Below are positions 17,399 through 25,794 of a stretch of 64,000 bases of DNA, in pieces. Made by a program: the position numbers and the translations under genes. The first letter of the stretch is position 1. Every line of letters starts with the position of its first letter. This DNA comes from Armatimonadota bacterium (GTDB taxonomy: Bacteria; Armatimonadota; Fimbriimonadia; Fimbriimonadales; GBS-DC). The notes under the pieces are model-generated. The model had not been told where the DNA came from. It did no database searches and saw only the letters and a list, made by a program, of their open reading frames with translations. The stretch is taken from NCBI GenBank assembly GCA_037442365.1, contig JBBIQK010000001.1, forward strand, positions 37,797 through 101,796. Direction: 5' to 3'.

Positions 17399-18738
17399 CA
17401 GGCGCGCGCCGACTCCCGTTCCTCAGCGGTCGGCGCTGGCGACGGTTGCCAGCGCACATAGAGCGTCAATCCGTCCACGCGATCCACCTGCACATATTCC
17501 CCTGCCTCAATCGGCGGGTCGAGCGCAATCGCGCGCCAGAGCGTGCCGTCCACAAACACCATCCCTTCAGGCTCCAGCTTCGTGCGCGCGCGCCCAATCA
17601 TCCCCACCAGCCGCTCCTGCCCGCTCACCTTGCGACGGAACTGCGCCCGAATGCCCGAATACGCCACGAACAGGAACGCCGCGCCCGTCAGCGCAGTCAT
17701 CGAGCCAATCAGCCAGAAGCTCACCCGAAACACCGGCGAATCGGACTGGAACAGGATAATCGAGCCGATGGTGAACGAGACCAGCGCGCCCGCCGTCAGC
17801 ACCCCGTGTGAGGTGGTGAACAGCTCCGCCACGAACAGCACGAACGCCAGCAGAATCAGCGCGACGCCCAGCGCGTTCACGGGCAGCACCGACGCCGCAT
17901 ACAGCGCCAGCAACAGCGCAATCGCGCCAATCACCCCCGGAAAGGTCGCGCCCGGGTTCTGCAGCTCGCCCAGAATGCCGTAAATCGCCAGCAGCATCAG
18001 GATATAAAACACATTCGGGTGCGCGAGGAACATCAGCAGCGACTCGCGCCAGTTTTTGGGGATTTCCTGAAACGGCGCGTCTTTGGTGCGGAGCGTGACG
18101 GTCTTGTCGCCCGCGACCTTCACGGTGCGCCCATCGATCTGAACCAGCAAATCCTGTGTGCTATTCGCCACAACATCGATCACTTTATTGCGCAGGGCTT
18201 CCTGCTCTGTGATGGAGGCGGCTTCCGTGACGGCTTTCACCACCCAGTCTTTATTGCGCCCGCGCTGCTCGGCGATGGTCTTGGCGTAGGCGATGGTGTC
18301 GTTCATCACCTTGCGCCGCAGGTCTTTGGGGATGTCTCCTCCATCGCCGGAGATGGGCGTCGCCGCGCCGATGTTGGTGCCCGGCGCCATCGCGGCGACA
18401 TTCGCCGCAACCGTGATGAACACCCCTGCCGAACCCGCCCGCGCTCCCGACGGATAGACATACACAATCACGGGGATAGGGCTGTTGAGCAAAGTGGTGG
18501 TGATATCGCGCGTCGCCTGCAACTCGCCGCCGGGCGTATCCAGCAGCACGACAAACGCGCCCGCATTCGCCTTCACCGCGTCCGCATGCGCCCGCATCAG
18601 GAAATCCGCCGACGCGCGATGCACAATCTCTTTGAACTGGATGTAGTACACCGGGCGCGTCGCCTGCTGCGCCCACGCCGCGAGACTCAAAAGCCCCCAG
18701 AGAATCACCCACCAGAATCGTCGCGCCATACTCTGCAT
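17398..18738 (-). CDS. NfeD-family membrane-bound ClpP-class serine protease
   Basis: Has a ClpP-like domain (VVLLDTPGGE, GARAGSAGVFI..AAMAPGTNIGAATP), four TM helices and a C-terminal NfeD OB-fold. The start is ATG 18738, or ATG 18729 if the mRNA is leaderless (TATAAT at 18742..18737). Confidence 0.85.
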   Translation of the reverse strand: MQSMARRFWWVILWGLLSLAAWAQQATRPVYYIQFKEIVHRASADFLMRAHADAVKANAGAFVVLLDTPGGELQATRDITTTLLNSPIPVIVYVYPSGARAGSAGVFITVAANVAAMAPGTNIGAATPISGDGGDIPKDLRRKVMNDTIAYAKTIAEQRGRNKDWVVKAVTEAASITEQEALRNKVIDVVANSTQDLLVQIDGRTVKVAGDKTVTLRTKDAPFQEIPKNWRESLLMFLAHPNVFYILMLLAIYGILGELQNPGATFPGVIGAIALLLALYAASVLPVNALGVALILLAFVLFVAELFTTSHGVLTAGALVSFTIGSIILFQSDSPVFRVSFWLIGSMTALTGAAFLFVAYSGIRAQFRRKVSGQERLVGMIGRARTKLEPEGMVFVDGTLWRAIALDPPIEAGEYVQVDRVDGLTLYVRWQPSPAPTAEERESARA

Positions 18739-18835
18739 TATACCTGAAAACGGGTATCCTATTCCCTGTGGTGGAACAATTTCTCGCGCACTTGCCGACA
18801 ATAGCAGTATGCTTAGGGAGGCGAAGTTAGGGACG

Positions 18836-19876
18836 ATGGTTTGCCCGAAGTGCTTTGCAGAGATACCCGATACCAGCGCGTTCTGCATGGAGTGCGGCTC
18901 GCGCATCCGTGAGGACACCATAGACCCCCTGTACGCGGAAGGCTCCGACCGCGAGGTCTATCCCGAGCTGGCGCGGGCGAACCTGTTGCGAATGCAGGGG
19001 CAATACGAGGAGGCGATCGAGGTCTGTCGCCGTATCATGGGGCGCTTCCCCAGCAACGAGACGGTTCATGCACTGCTGGGCGACATCTACGCCGATCAGG
19101 GCAAGCTGGAGGACGCCATCCAGTGGTATGAGTTGCTGGTGGAGTTAGCGCCCACGAATGTGCATTACAGCGCGAAGTTGCACAACCTGCGGGCGATGCA
19201 CGCGGCGCAAGTCGCGCCTCCGCCGCCGATTCCCGAACCCGAAGCGAAGCCTGCCAAGCCGAAGACGCTCGCGTATGCCCTGTTCGGCGTGCTGGGGTTG
19301 ATTCTGGTGAGCGCGTCGTTTGTGGCGGGCGCGCGGATGAACGCGACTCGTCAGGCGGCGGCGGAACCAGTAAAACCCGCCCAGAATGCGCTGGCGCCGA
19401 CGCCGTCCGACGATGCGCCGCGTATCCCGCCGCCCCCTGCCTCTGAACCGCCCGTTGTGTCCAGCGCGCCCCTGCCCACGACAGGGTTCGCGGGGATGAG
19501 CGCGGTCGAGTCGGACCTGGCGGCGAAACTGAGCCAGCGGCTCAATGGCGCGCCGGTGTGGTGCGCTTTTGACCCAGCCGCCAACCGCTGGCAGGCGCGC
19601 GTGCGCATCCAATCGGGCGTGCTGAACCGCGTGCGCGTACTTCAGGAGGCAGTCGCGCTGGCGCGGGCGTTTTTTGAACTCTACCCGAACACCGCTTCCA
19701 TCAGCGTCGGCGTGATTGCGCCCAGCGCGTCAGGAGGCGATTCGCTCATCTTCGTCGGCGAGTTGACCCCGCAAACGGCAGCGGTAGACCCCGCCGCGCT
19801 GAACGAGGAACAGGCGCAGGCGTTGCTGCAGCAGGTGCAGGGCTGGTGGAACCCAACCATTAACCTGCAGGGATAG
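18836..19876 (+). CDS. zinc-ribbon + TPR + TM domain protein
   Basis: MVCPKCFAEIPDTSAFCMECG is a zinc ribbon. It is followed by TPR-like repeats, a TM helix and a Pro-rich linker. An alternative start lies at 18809. Confidence 0.7.
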   Translation: MVCPKCFAEIPDTSAFCMECGSRIREDTIDPLYAEGSDREVYPELARANLLRMQGQYEEAIEVCRRIMGRFPSNETVHALLGDIYADQGKLEDAIQWYELLVELAPTNVHYSAKLHNLRAMHAAQVAPPPPIPEPEAKPAKPKTLAYALFGVLGLILVSASFVAGARMNATRQAAAEPVKPAQNALAPTPSDDAPRIPPPPASEPPVVSSAPLPTTGFAGMSAVESDLAAKLSQRLNGAPVWCAFDPAANRWQARVRIQSGVLNRVRVLQEAVALARAFFELYPNTASISVGVIAPSASGGDSLIFVGELTPQTAAVDPAALNEEQAQALLQQVQGWWNPTINLQG

Positions 19877-20969
19877 CGGGCGTAGCGTCCGGGTGCGACG
19901 GGCGACGCACGCGCGCCCGGATGGCTTCAATCTCCTCGTCGGTCAGCGCGCGCTCGAAGCTGCGGAAGCCCGCCAGTCGGAAGCCGTGCTTGCGCGCCAG
20001 CGCCTGAGTCGTTTGCACCTGCTGCAGGCTAACCTCCTTGCCCAGCGTGAAGTTCTCGATACGCCCCTCCAGCGCGAGCATCATCGTCTCCGACATGCAG
20101 GCATACGCCATGCGCGGCGGGAAACCGAAGTTGAACCCGAAGTCCACCTCGCCGGGCACTTCCACCAGTCCCCCCTCAATCACCAGCACATCGTCGCGTT
20201 CGCGGGCGACGCGCACTGACACATCGCGCGGGCGCGCCACATCGACCACCACCGCGCCCGACTTGAGGTCGCGCGGGTAAATCACGGCGTCCACCGCGCT
20301 GGTCACGGTGATAATCACATCTGCATCGGGCAAATCGCGCGCGAGGTCGTCGGAGACGCGCACCGCGCCGCGCGCGAGGGATCGCAGGTGTTCGGCGATG
20401 GGCGCCAACCGCGCGGTGTCACGCCCCAGCAACAGGAGCGACTTCGCCTGCGGCGCGAGCGCTTCAGCGCAGGTGCGCCCGATGGAGCCTGTCGCGCCCA
20501 CCACCGCCACCGTCGCGTCTTCAATCGCAATCCCCATCTTCTGTGCGCCCAGCGCCGCCGCCTCAATCGCCGTTGCGACCGTGTAGCTGTTGCCCGTCGT
20601 CACGGCGATTCGCAAACGGTTCGCAATCGTAATCCCGCCGTCGCCCACCACCGAAGTGAACGCACCCAGCCCGATAATCTCCGCGCCCAGCTCCTGCGCG
20701 ATCTCGCCGCACCGCACAATCTTATCGTAGACCACCTCCAGCGGCAGCGAGAGCATCATGCGCGGCGAGAGCGGACACCCGATGAACCAGCCCTCTGCCT
20801 CCGCCCCCGTGAGCGAGCGCACCCCCGTAATCCGCGAGACGACCATCGGCTCCTTGCGCAGGAGCAGTTTCTCCACCCAGCGTTCGGGCAGGAACCGGGC
20901 GATGGGATACTTGCGCGCGGCGTCACGCTTGACATCCACCGGATGAATCACAAAGGCGAACCGATGCAT
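19860..20969 (-). CDS. acyl-ACP reductase-like / shikimate-dehydrogenase-like NAD(P)-binding oxidoreductase
   Basis: Layout: FAFVIHP... N-terminus, ...LGAFTSVVGDGG..., TTGNSYT, then the Rossmann motif VAVVGATGSIGR. From memory this parallels cyanobacterial acyl-ACP reductase. Confidence 0.65.
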   Translation of the reverse strand: MHRFAFVIHPVDVKRDAARKYPIARFLPERWVEKLLLRKEPMVVSRITGVRSLTGAEAEGWFIGCPLSPRMMLSLPLEVVYDKIVRCGEIAQELGAEIIGLGAFTSVVGDGGITIANRLRIAVTTGNSYTVATAIEAAALGAQKMGIAIEDATVAVVGATGSIGRTCAEALAPQAKSLLLLGRDTARLAPIAEHLRSLARGAVRVSDDLARDLPDADVIITVTSAVDAVIYPRDLKSGAVVVDVARPRDVSVRVARERDDVLVIEGGLVEVPGEVDFGFNFGFPPRMAYACMSETMMLALEGRIENFTLGKEVSLQQVQTTQALARKHGFRLAGFRSFERALTDEEIEAIRARVRRPSHPDATPAIPAG

Positions 20970-20984
20970 ACAGGTAGGATACCC

Positions 20985-21015
20985 CAAAATGGAAGACCCC
21001 TCCGCTGGGGAGGGG
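20985..21015 (-). terminator. putative terminator of small ORF
   Basis: On the minus strand: CCCCTCC-ccagc-GGAGGGG followed by TCTTCCATTTTGGGG. Confidence 0.5.
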
Positions 21016-21030
21016 TCGGGGGAAAGCGCC

Positions 21031-21273
21031 TCAGTTGGACTTGCCGTTGCGAGAGCTGCGAGGTTGCCGTACATTCTTGAGACCGAAGCGGTACTTCGCA
21101 AACGCCTCTTCGTACTTCCCCTCCTGTATCAGCTTCGCAAACTCCTGAGCGCCTTCAATCTTAGCCGAGTTCGGCTTGCGTCTCCGAATTGCCTTGACTG
21201 CTTCTGCCATATCGATCTCACCTGCCTTAAACGCTTTAAGGATACCCTCGATATACACGCTGCGTCGATCCAT
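21031..21273 (-). CDS. small hypothetical protein (80 aa, Lys/Glu-rich)
   Basis: Has its own promoter (see 21299..21328), a GGAGGT RBS at 21286..21281, ATG 21273 and a downstream hairpin. GC is visibly lower. No family recognised. Confidence 0.6.
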   Translation of the reverse strand: MDRRSVYIEGILKAFKAGEIDMAEAVKAIRRRKPNSAKIEGAQEFAKLIQEGKYEEAFAKYRFGLKNVRQPRSSRNGKSN

Positions 21274-21298
21274 TCTGAGTACCTCCATAACAGCATGG

Positions 21299-21328
21299 AG
21301 TATACCTATTTTTGTGCGCACTTGTCAA
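21299..21328 (-). promoter_or_regulatory. sigma70-type promoter (TTGACA-18-TATACT)
   Basis: On the minus strand: TTGACA at 21328..21323, an 18-nt spacer, TATACT at 21304..21299, then the RBS and ATG 21273. Confidence 0.65.
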
Positions 21329-21349
21329 GAGCCGTTGGATTTGCTGTGC

Positions 21350-22372
21350 CTAATCACCTTCAGGCAGTTGACGGAACGCGATGAAGGTCTCAGAAATGTC
21401 GTCGCCGACTTTCCATGCGACCTGCGCCTGTGCGGCGATGGTGCGGGTGTCGGGGTGCGCCCATTCCAGTCCGACCACCACGGGCATAGCATCGACGCCC
21501 ACTTCGCGCAGGGTCTGCGCACGCTTGACGGCGCGGTTCACATCCCTGCCGTTGACCTTGACGGAGATTTCGACCACCGCAACCCGATCGTCCTTCCACC
21601 AGATGAGGTCGGCGTCCACCGGGTTCGCTTCTTTTTCGGGCTGGACGATTGCGCCGTTGTGTCGCAGCCACTGGCGTAGTTTCTGCTCCACATGGGGCTC
21701 ATCGGTTTCACCGCCCTGCCCGCCGTAGAAGAGCTGCCACGCCTGCTTGCGAATGGTTCGCTGATAGCGCTCGCCCTCGCGGTTGCCCGCCTCGCCCCGC
21801 TGCCACCTCTGCAGCTCGCCCAGCTGATTCACAACCTCCCGCGTGAGGTCTTCCAGCGCTTCCAACCGCAGCAGCGATTGGGCAATCAGTCGTTCAGACG
21901 CCTCGATGCGCTCCGCTGACCGGCGCGACACTTCCGCCAGCTCCGCCACCGTGCGCTCCAGCGCCTCAATCCGCTCTATCGACTGGCGCGAGGCATCCAC
22001 CAGCTCGCTGGTAATCCGACGCAACTCCTGCAGCTCCGCCTCGTGCCGATCCAGACGCGCCACCGCCTGACGCGAGGTCTCCACCAGCTCGCTGGTAATC
22101 CGACGCAACTCCTGGAGATCTACCTCCTGGCGCTCGGAGCGTTCGGATGAGGCGCGCACCAGCGCCGCCAGCTCCTGTACGGTTGCAATCAGCCGCGCCA
22201 GCTGGTCGCCAATCAGCGCCTCGCGCAGGGTCTCCGTCAGCGCGGGGTCGTCTTGCAGCAGGCGCGAAAGCGTTTGCTTGTTCAGCAGCACGCGCGCCAG
22301 CCGCGCCTGCCAGTCCGGGTGCTGCTCCAGCAGGCGCGCGAGGTCTTCCACATCGTTGATGGTGATGGGCAC
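21350..22372 (-). CDS. coiled-coil protein with C-terminal restriction-endonuclease-like domain
   Basis: Has long heptad-repeat coiled coils and a C-terminal ...DADLIWWKDDRVAVVEISVK... segment. There is no in-frame ATG before the C-terminal domain except inside hppA, so the GTG at 22372 (VPITINDVEDL) was chosen. Confidence 0.65.
   Translation of the reverse strand: MPITINDVEDLARLLEQHPDWQARLARVLLNKQTLSRLLQDDPALTETLREALIGDQLARLIATVQELAALVRASSERSERQEVDLQELRRITSELVETSRQAVARLDRHEAELQELRRITSELVDASRQSIERIEALERTVAELAEVSRRSAERIEASERLIAQSLLRLEALEDLTREVVNQLGELQRWQRGEAGNREGERYQRTIRKQAWQLFYGGQGGETDEPHVEQKLRQWLRHNGAIVQPEKEANPVDADLIWWKDDRVAVVEISVKVNGRDVNRAVKRAQTLREVGVDAMPVVVGLEWAHPDTRTIAAQAQVAWKVGDDISETFIAFRQLPEGD
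21996..22114 (-). repeat. intragenic tandem duplication, 84-nt period
   Basis: The exact 35-nt string TCCACCAGCTCGCTGGTAATCCGACGCAACTCCTG occurs at 21996..22030 and again at 22080..22114. It encodes the repeated LQELRRITSELV(E/D) 28-aa unit. Confidence 0.9.
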
Positions 22373-22421
22373 AAATGAATTATACCGCAGGGCGCGGCAG
22401 CCTCGCCGCCGCGCCGCGCGT

Positions 22422-24977
22422 CTACTGCCCGCCTTTGCCGCCGACGGGCGCGTACTCGTCCACCTCCTCGGTCGTGTGATAGCCCAGCTCATGCTCGATG
22501 GTCTCCGCGACCGAGCCGCGCTTGCTCCAGTAGACCGAGAACAGCAACGCGCCGACCGCCACCGCCGTGACGCCAATCCGCACCGCATCGGGCAGCGGCT
22601 GAATCACAATCGGCGCAATCAGAATCGCCACGAGGTTCATCACCTTAATCAGCGGGTTGAGCGCAGGTCCTGCCGTGTCCTTGAACGGGTCGCCCACGGT
22701 GTCGCCAATCACGCCCGCCTTGTGCGCGTCCGTGCCCTTGCCGCCGAGGAAGCCGTCCTCGATGCGCTTCTTGGCGTTGTCCCACGCGCCGCCAGAGTTC
22801 GCCAGCAGCACCGCGAGCAACTGCCCCGACAGAATCGCGCCTGCGAGGTAGCCGCCCAACGCCTGCGCGCCCGTGAACACATATTCGCTGCCGCCGATTG
22901 CCACAGGCGCCGCACCGATACTCAGCCCGAACCCGACGCCCACCGGGAGCGCAATCGCGAGAATGCCCGGTCCCAGCAGCTCCTTCTGCGCCGCCGCCGT
23001 GACAATCTCCACGCAGCGTCCGTAATCGGGCGTCTCCGTGCCCTGCATGATGCCCGGCTTCTCGCGGAACTGGCGACGCACCTCGTGAATCATCTCGAAC
23101 GCGGAGCGACCGACCGCCATAATCGAGAACGCGCTGAACAGAAACGGCGCCGCGCCGCCAATCAGCAGCCCGATGAACACCACCGGCACATCCACAGGCA
23201 GCCCGCCGAAGGCGTCTTTCAGCGCCGCGCCGTTTTGAGTCGCGATATTAATCAACTCCACCAGGCGCGAGTCTTCCACGAACGAATGGAACAGCGCGAC
23301 CGCCGCCACCACCGCCGTCGCAATCGCGAAGCCCTTGGTGAGTGCTTTGGTCGTGTTGCCCACGGCGTCGAGGCGATGCACGATTTTGTCGCCCGTCAAG
23401 CCCCCCGCAGCGGGCTGGTTGCCGCGCTCTTTCAACGCGCCCGACATCTCGAAGATGCCGTTCGCGTTGTCCGAGATGGGTCCAAAGGTGTCCATCGCCA
23501 GAATGTAGCCCGTCGTCGCCAGCAGCCCCAAGCCCGTGAGCGCAATCCCGTAGAACGAGAGCATGGGTCCGTCGTACAGTCCGGGCGGGAAGATGAACAG
23601 CGGCGCGAGCAGCGCGGACGCAATCGCGAACACCGCCCACACGCTCGACTCCAGCCCGTAAGCGAAGCCCTGAATAATCAGCGTCGCGGGACCCGTGGAC
23701 GCCGCCGCGGAAATCTCCTTGACGGGCTTCTTCTCCGTTGAGGTGAAGTATTCGGTGATGCGCTCGATCATCACGGCGACCACCACGCCGAACGCCGTCG
23801 CCAGCCAGAAGCGCCACCAGTCCACCGTCGCGCCCGACTTGAGCTGGATGTCCTGCATGAAAAAGTACGCCACGCCCAGATTGCCCAGCGCCGCCAGCAC
23901 CGCCGAGACCCAGAAGCCGCGATTGATGGGCTTCATCGGGTTCAGGTCGGCGCGGTCTTCGCCCTTGACCGCCAGCACGCCGATTATCGAGGCAATCACG
24001 CCGACGCCGCGCACCAGCAGCGCGAACATCACCAGCTTCATCGCGCTGGCGGGCGTCAGCACCAAGCTCGCCGCCACGCCCAGAATAATCGCCGCGACCA
24101 GCGTGACCTCGTAAGACTCGAACACATCCGCCGCCATTCCCGCGCAGTCGCCCACATTGTCGCCGACATTATCGGCAATCGTCGCGGGGTTGCGCGGGTC
24201 GTCTTCGGGGATGCCAGCTTCCACCTTGCCCACCAGGTCCGCGCCGACATCCGCGCCTTTGGTGTAGATGCCGCCGCCCACGCGCATAAACAGCGCCGCC
24301 AGCGACCCACCAAACCCGAAGCCCACCAGCACGAACATCGCCTTCTCGCGGAACAGCAGGAAAATCACCGTCGCGCCCAGCAGCCCCAGCCCGACGGTGA
24401 ACATCCCGCTCACCGCGCCCGCGCGGAAGGCTATCTCCAGCGCGCGTTTGAAACTGGTCAGCGCCGCCGCCGCCGTGCGCAGGTTGCCCCGCACCGCCAT
24501 ATACATCCCTACATAGCCTGCGCCATACGATGCGAACACGCCCAGGAAAAAGGCGACCGCAATCCCCAAGCCCAGCGTCAGCCCCTCGCCCGGGTAGACC
24601 CGCTCGTACACAGGGCGATACAGCAGGAACAGAATCGCCGTAATCGCCAGCACGAACCAGATCATCGTGCTAATCTGGCGCTTGAGGTAGGCGTTGGCGC
24701 CGTCCTGAATGGCGCGGGCGACCTCCTGCATGCGGGGCGTGCCCGCGTCCTGCGCCAGCGTCCAGCGCAACAGATAGAACCCAAACCCCAGCGCCGCGAA
24801 CGCCAGCAGCAACACAATGCCCAGAATCAGGTACTCCTGTGAACTGAAGGGCGGCAACTCCACCGCCTCCGCCGCGAAGGCAAACAGTCCAGACAGCAGC
24901 CATAATACCGTCAACAGCGCCGCGCGTGCGGGTATGACTGCCCACCCGACGCGCACGCAAGCGTCAGCGTTCCTCAT
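22422..24977 (-). CDS. hppA: membrane-bound proton/sodium-translocating pyrophosphatase
   Basis: Many H+-PPase signatures, including GGIYTKGADVGADLVGKVE, DNVGDNVGD and GGAWDNAKK. GGGAGGAA RBS before ATG 24977. Confidence 0.95.
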   Translation of the reverse strand: MRNADACVRVGWAVIPARAALLTVLWLLSGLFAFAAEAVELPPFSSQEYLILGIVLLLAFAALGFGFYLLRWTLAQDAGTPRMQEVARAIQDGANAYLKRQISTMIWFVLAITAILFLLYRPVYERVYPGEGLTLGLGIAVAFFLGVFASYGAGYVGMYMAVRGNLRTAAAALTSFKRALEIAFRAGAVSGMFTVGLGLLGATVIFLLFREKAMFVLVGFGFGGSLAALFMRVGGGIYTKGADVGADLVGKVEAGIPEDDPRNPATIADNVGDNVGDCAGMAADVFESYEVTLVAAIILGVAASLVLTPASAMKLVMFALLVRGVGVIASIIGVLAVKGEDRADLNPMKPINRGFWVSAVLAALGNLGVAYFFMQDIQLKSGATVDWWRFWLATAFGVVVAVMIERITEYFTSTEKKPVKEISAAASTGPATLIIQGFAYGLESSVWAVFAIASALLAPLFIFPPGLYDGPMLSFYGIALTGLGLLATTGYILAMDTFGPISDNANGIFEMSGALKERGNQPAAGGLTGDKIVHRLDAVGNTTKALTKGFAIATAVVAAVALFHSFVEDSRLVELINIATQNGAALKDAFGGLPVDVPVVFIGLLIGGAAPFLFSAFSIMAVGRSAFEMIHEVRRQFREKPGIMQGTETPDYGRCVEIVTAAAQKELLGPGILAIALPVGVGFGLSIGAAPVAIGGSEYVFTGAQALGGYLAGAILSGQLLAVLLANSGGAWDNAKKRIEDGFLGGKGTDAHKAGVIGDTVGDPFKDTAGPALNPLIKVMNLVAILIAPIVIQPLPDAVRIGVTAVAVGALLFSVYWSKRGSVAETIEHELGYHTTEEVDEYAPVGGKGGQ

Positions 24978-25066
24978 CGAATCGTTCCTCCCTTGTTGCA
25001 CGAAATGTCTGCGCACTTCGCACAGCACGCTTATAATGTACCCGATAGCTTTTTGAGAAAGGGTAC

Positions 25067-25429
25067 TCAACCCGTCGGGCGTCGCACACGCAACCCCCGC
25101 GCAGTAGCGACAGCAAGCGTCCCCGCCAAATCTTCAAGGCGAACGCTCTCAATCACAGACCGACAAAGCGCCACATACGACGCCACCCCCTCCACATCGG
25201 GACGCAGCAGTAAGACACCGTGATGATGTCCCGGCGGATACACACGAATGTCGCCAAATCCCTTGTCTGCAGTGATGAAAAAATAGCCCTCTTGCTGCAC
25301 AACCTGCCAGAGTACGCTATCCTTAGCGCCCTGAAGCCCCTGCTCCCGCACAGAAACAGCGTCGTAGCCGTGCGCACGCAGGAGATTGACAACGCTGGTC
25401 GGCAAATCCTCGTCCACCTTCACCCGCAT
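25067..25429 (-). CDS. DUF5615-family PIN-like putative toxin
   Basis: MRVKVDEDLP...LLRAHGYDAV...DSVLW...FFITADKGFGD is typical of the Mut7-C/DUF5615 family. Lies immediately downstream of a DUF433 gene. Confidence 0.8.
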   Translation of the reverse strand: MRVKVDEDLPTSVVNLLRAHGYDAVSVREQGLQGAKDSVLWQVVQQEGYFFITADKGFGDIRVYPPGHHHGVLLLRPDVEGVASYVALCRSVIESVRLEDLAGTLAVATARGLRVRRPTG

Positions 25430-25433
25430 CGCC

Positions 25434-25676
25434 TTACACTCTTAGAGGCGCGAGTAGCTCGCCCGAGCGTATCACCTCTGCCGCGTACGCCAGGCACGCC
25501 TGAATATCGTCTGGAGTGAGCGCAGGATACTCGCGTATAATCGCTTCAGGACTCAGCCCCTGCGCCAGACTGCCCAGCACAGCGGCGACTGGCACGCGCG
25601 TGCCCCGCACGCAGGGTTCCCCGTGATGCAGGTCGGGGTCAACAACGATACGGTCTGCCCAGTTCGGGATTTGCAT
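25434..25676 (-). CDS. DUF433-family putative antitoxin
   Basis: DPDLHHGEPCVRGTRVPV...L..G.S.E.I...YP.LT..DI.A.L.Y matches the DUF433 pattern. GGGAGG RBS before ATG 25676. Confidence 0.8.
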   Translation of the reverse strand: MQIPNWADRIVVDPDLHHGEPCVRGTRVPVAAVLGSLAQGLSPEAIIREYPALTPDDIQACLAYAAEVIRSGELLAPLRV

Positions 25677-25794
25677 GGTGCGCCGCCTCCCAAAAGAGTA
25701 TACCGCCGACACCACATCTACAAGGGCTGGGGACTAAGCCGACGCAGCTCGGATTCGTTGGATAGGTACGGCTTCAGCCATAGCGTACGCAGGG

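Noticed and set aside
21996-22114. Direct repeats as a CRISPR-like array
   Set aside because: There are only two copies, they are in frame inside a coding coiled coil with an 84-nt period, and no cas genes are present. This is a tandem intragenic duplication.
22373-22588. Upstream extension of the coiled-coil ORF (starts at 22588 or 22492)
   Set aside because: It would overlap the 3' end of hppA by 70-170 nt in another frame, and its sequence is Arg/Ser-rich nonsense.
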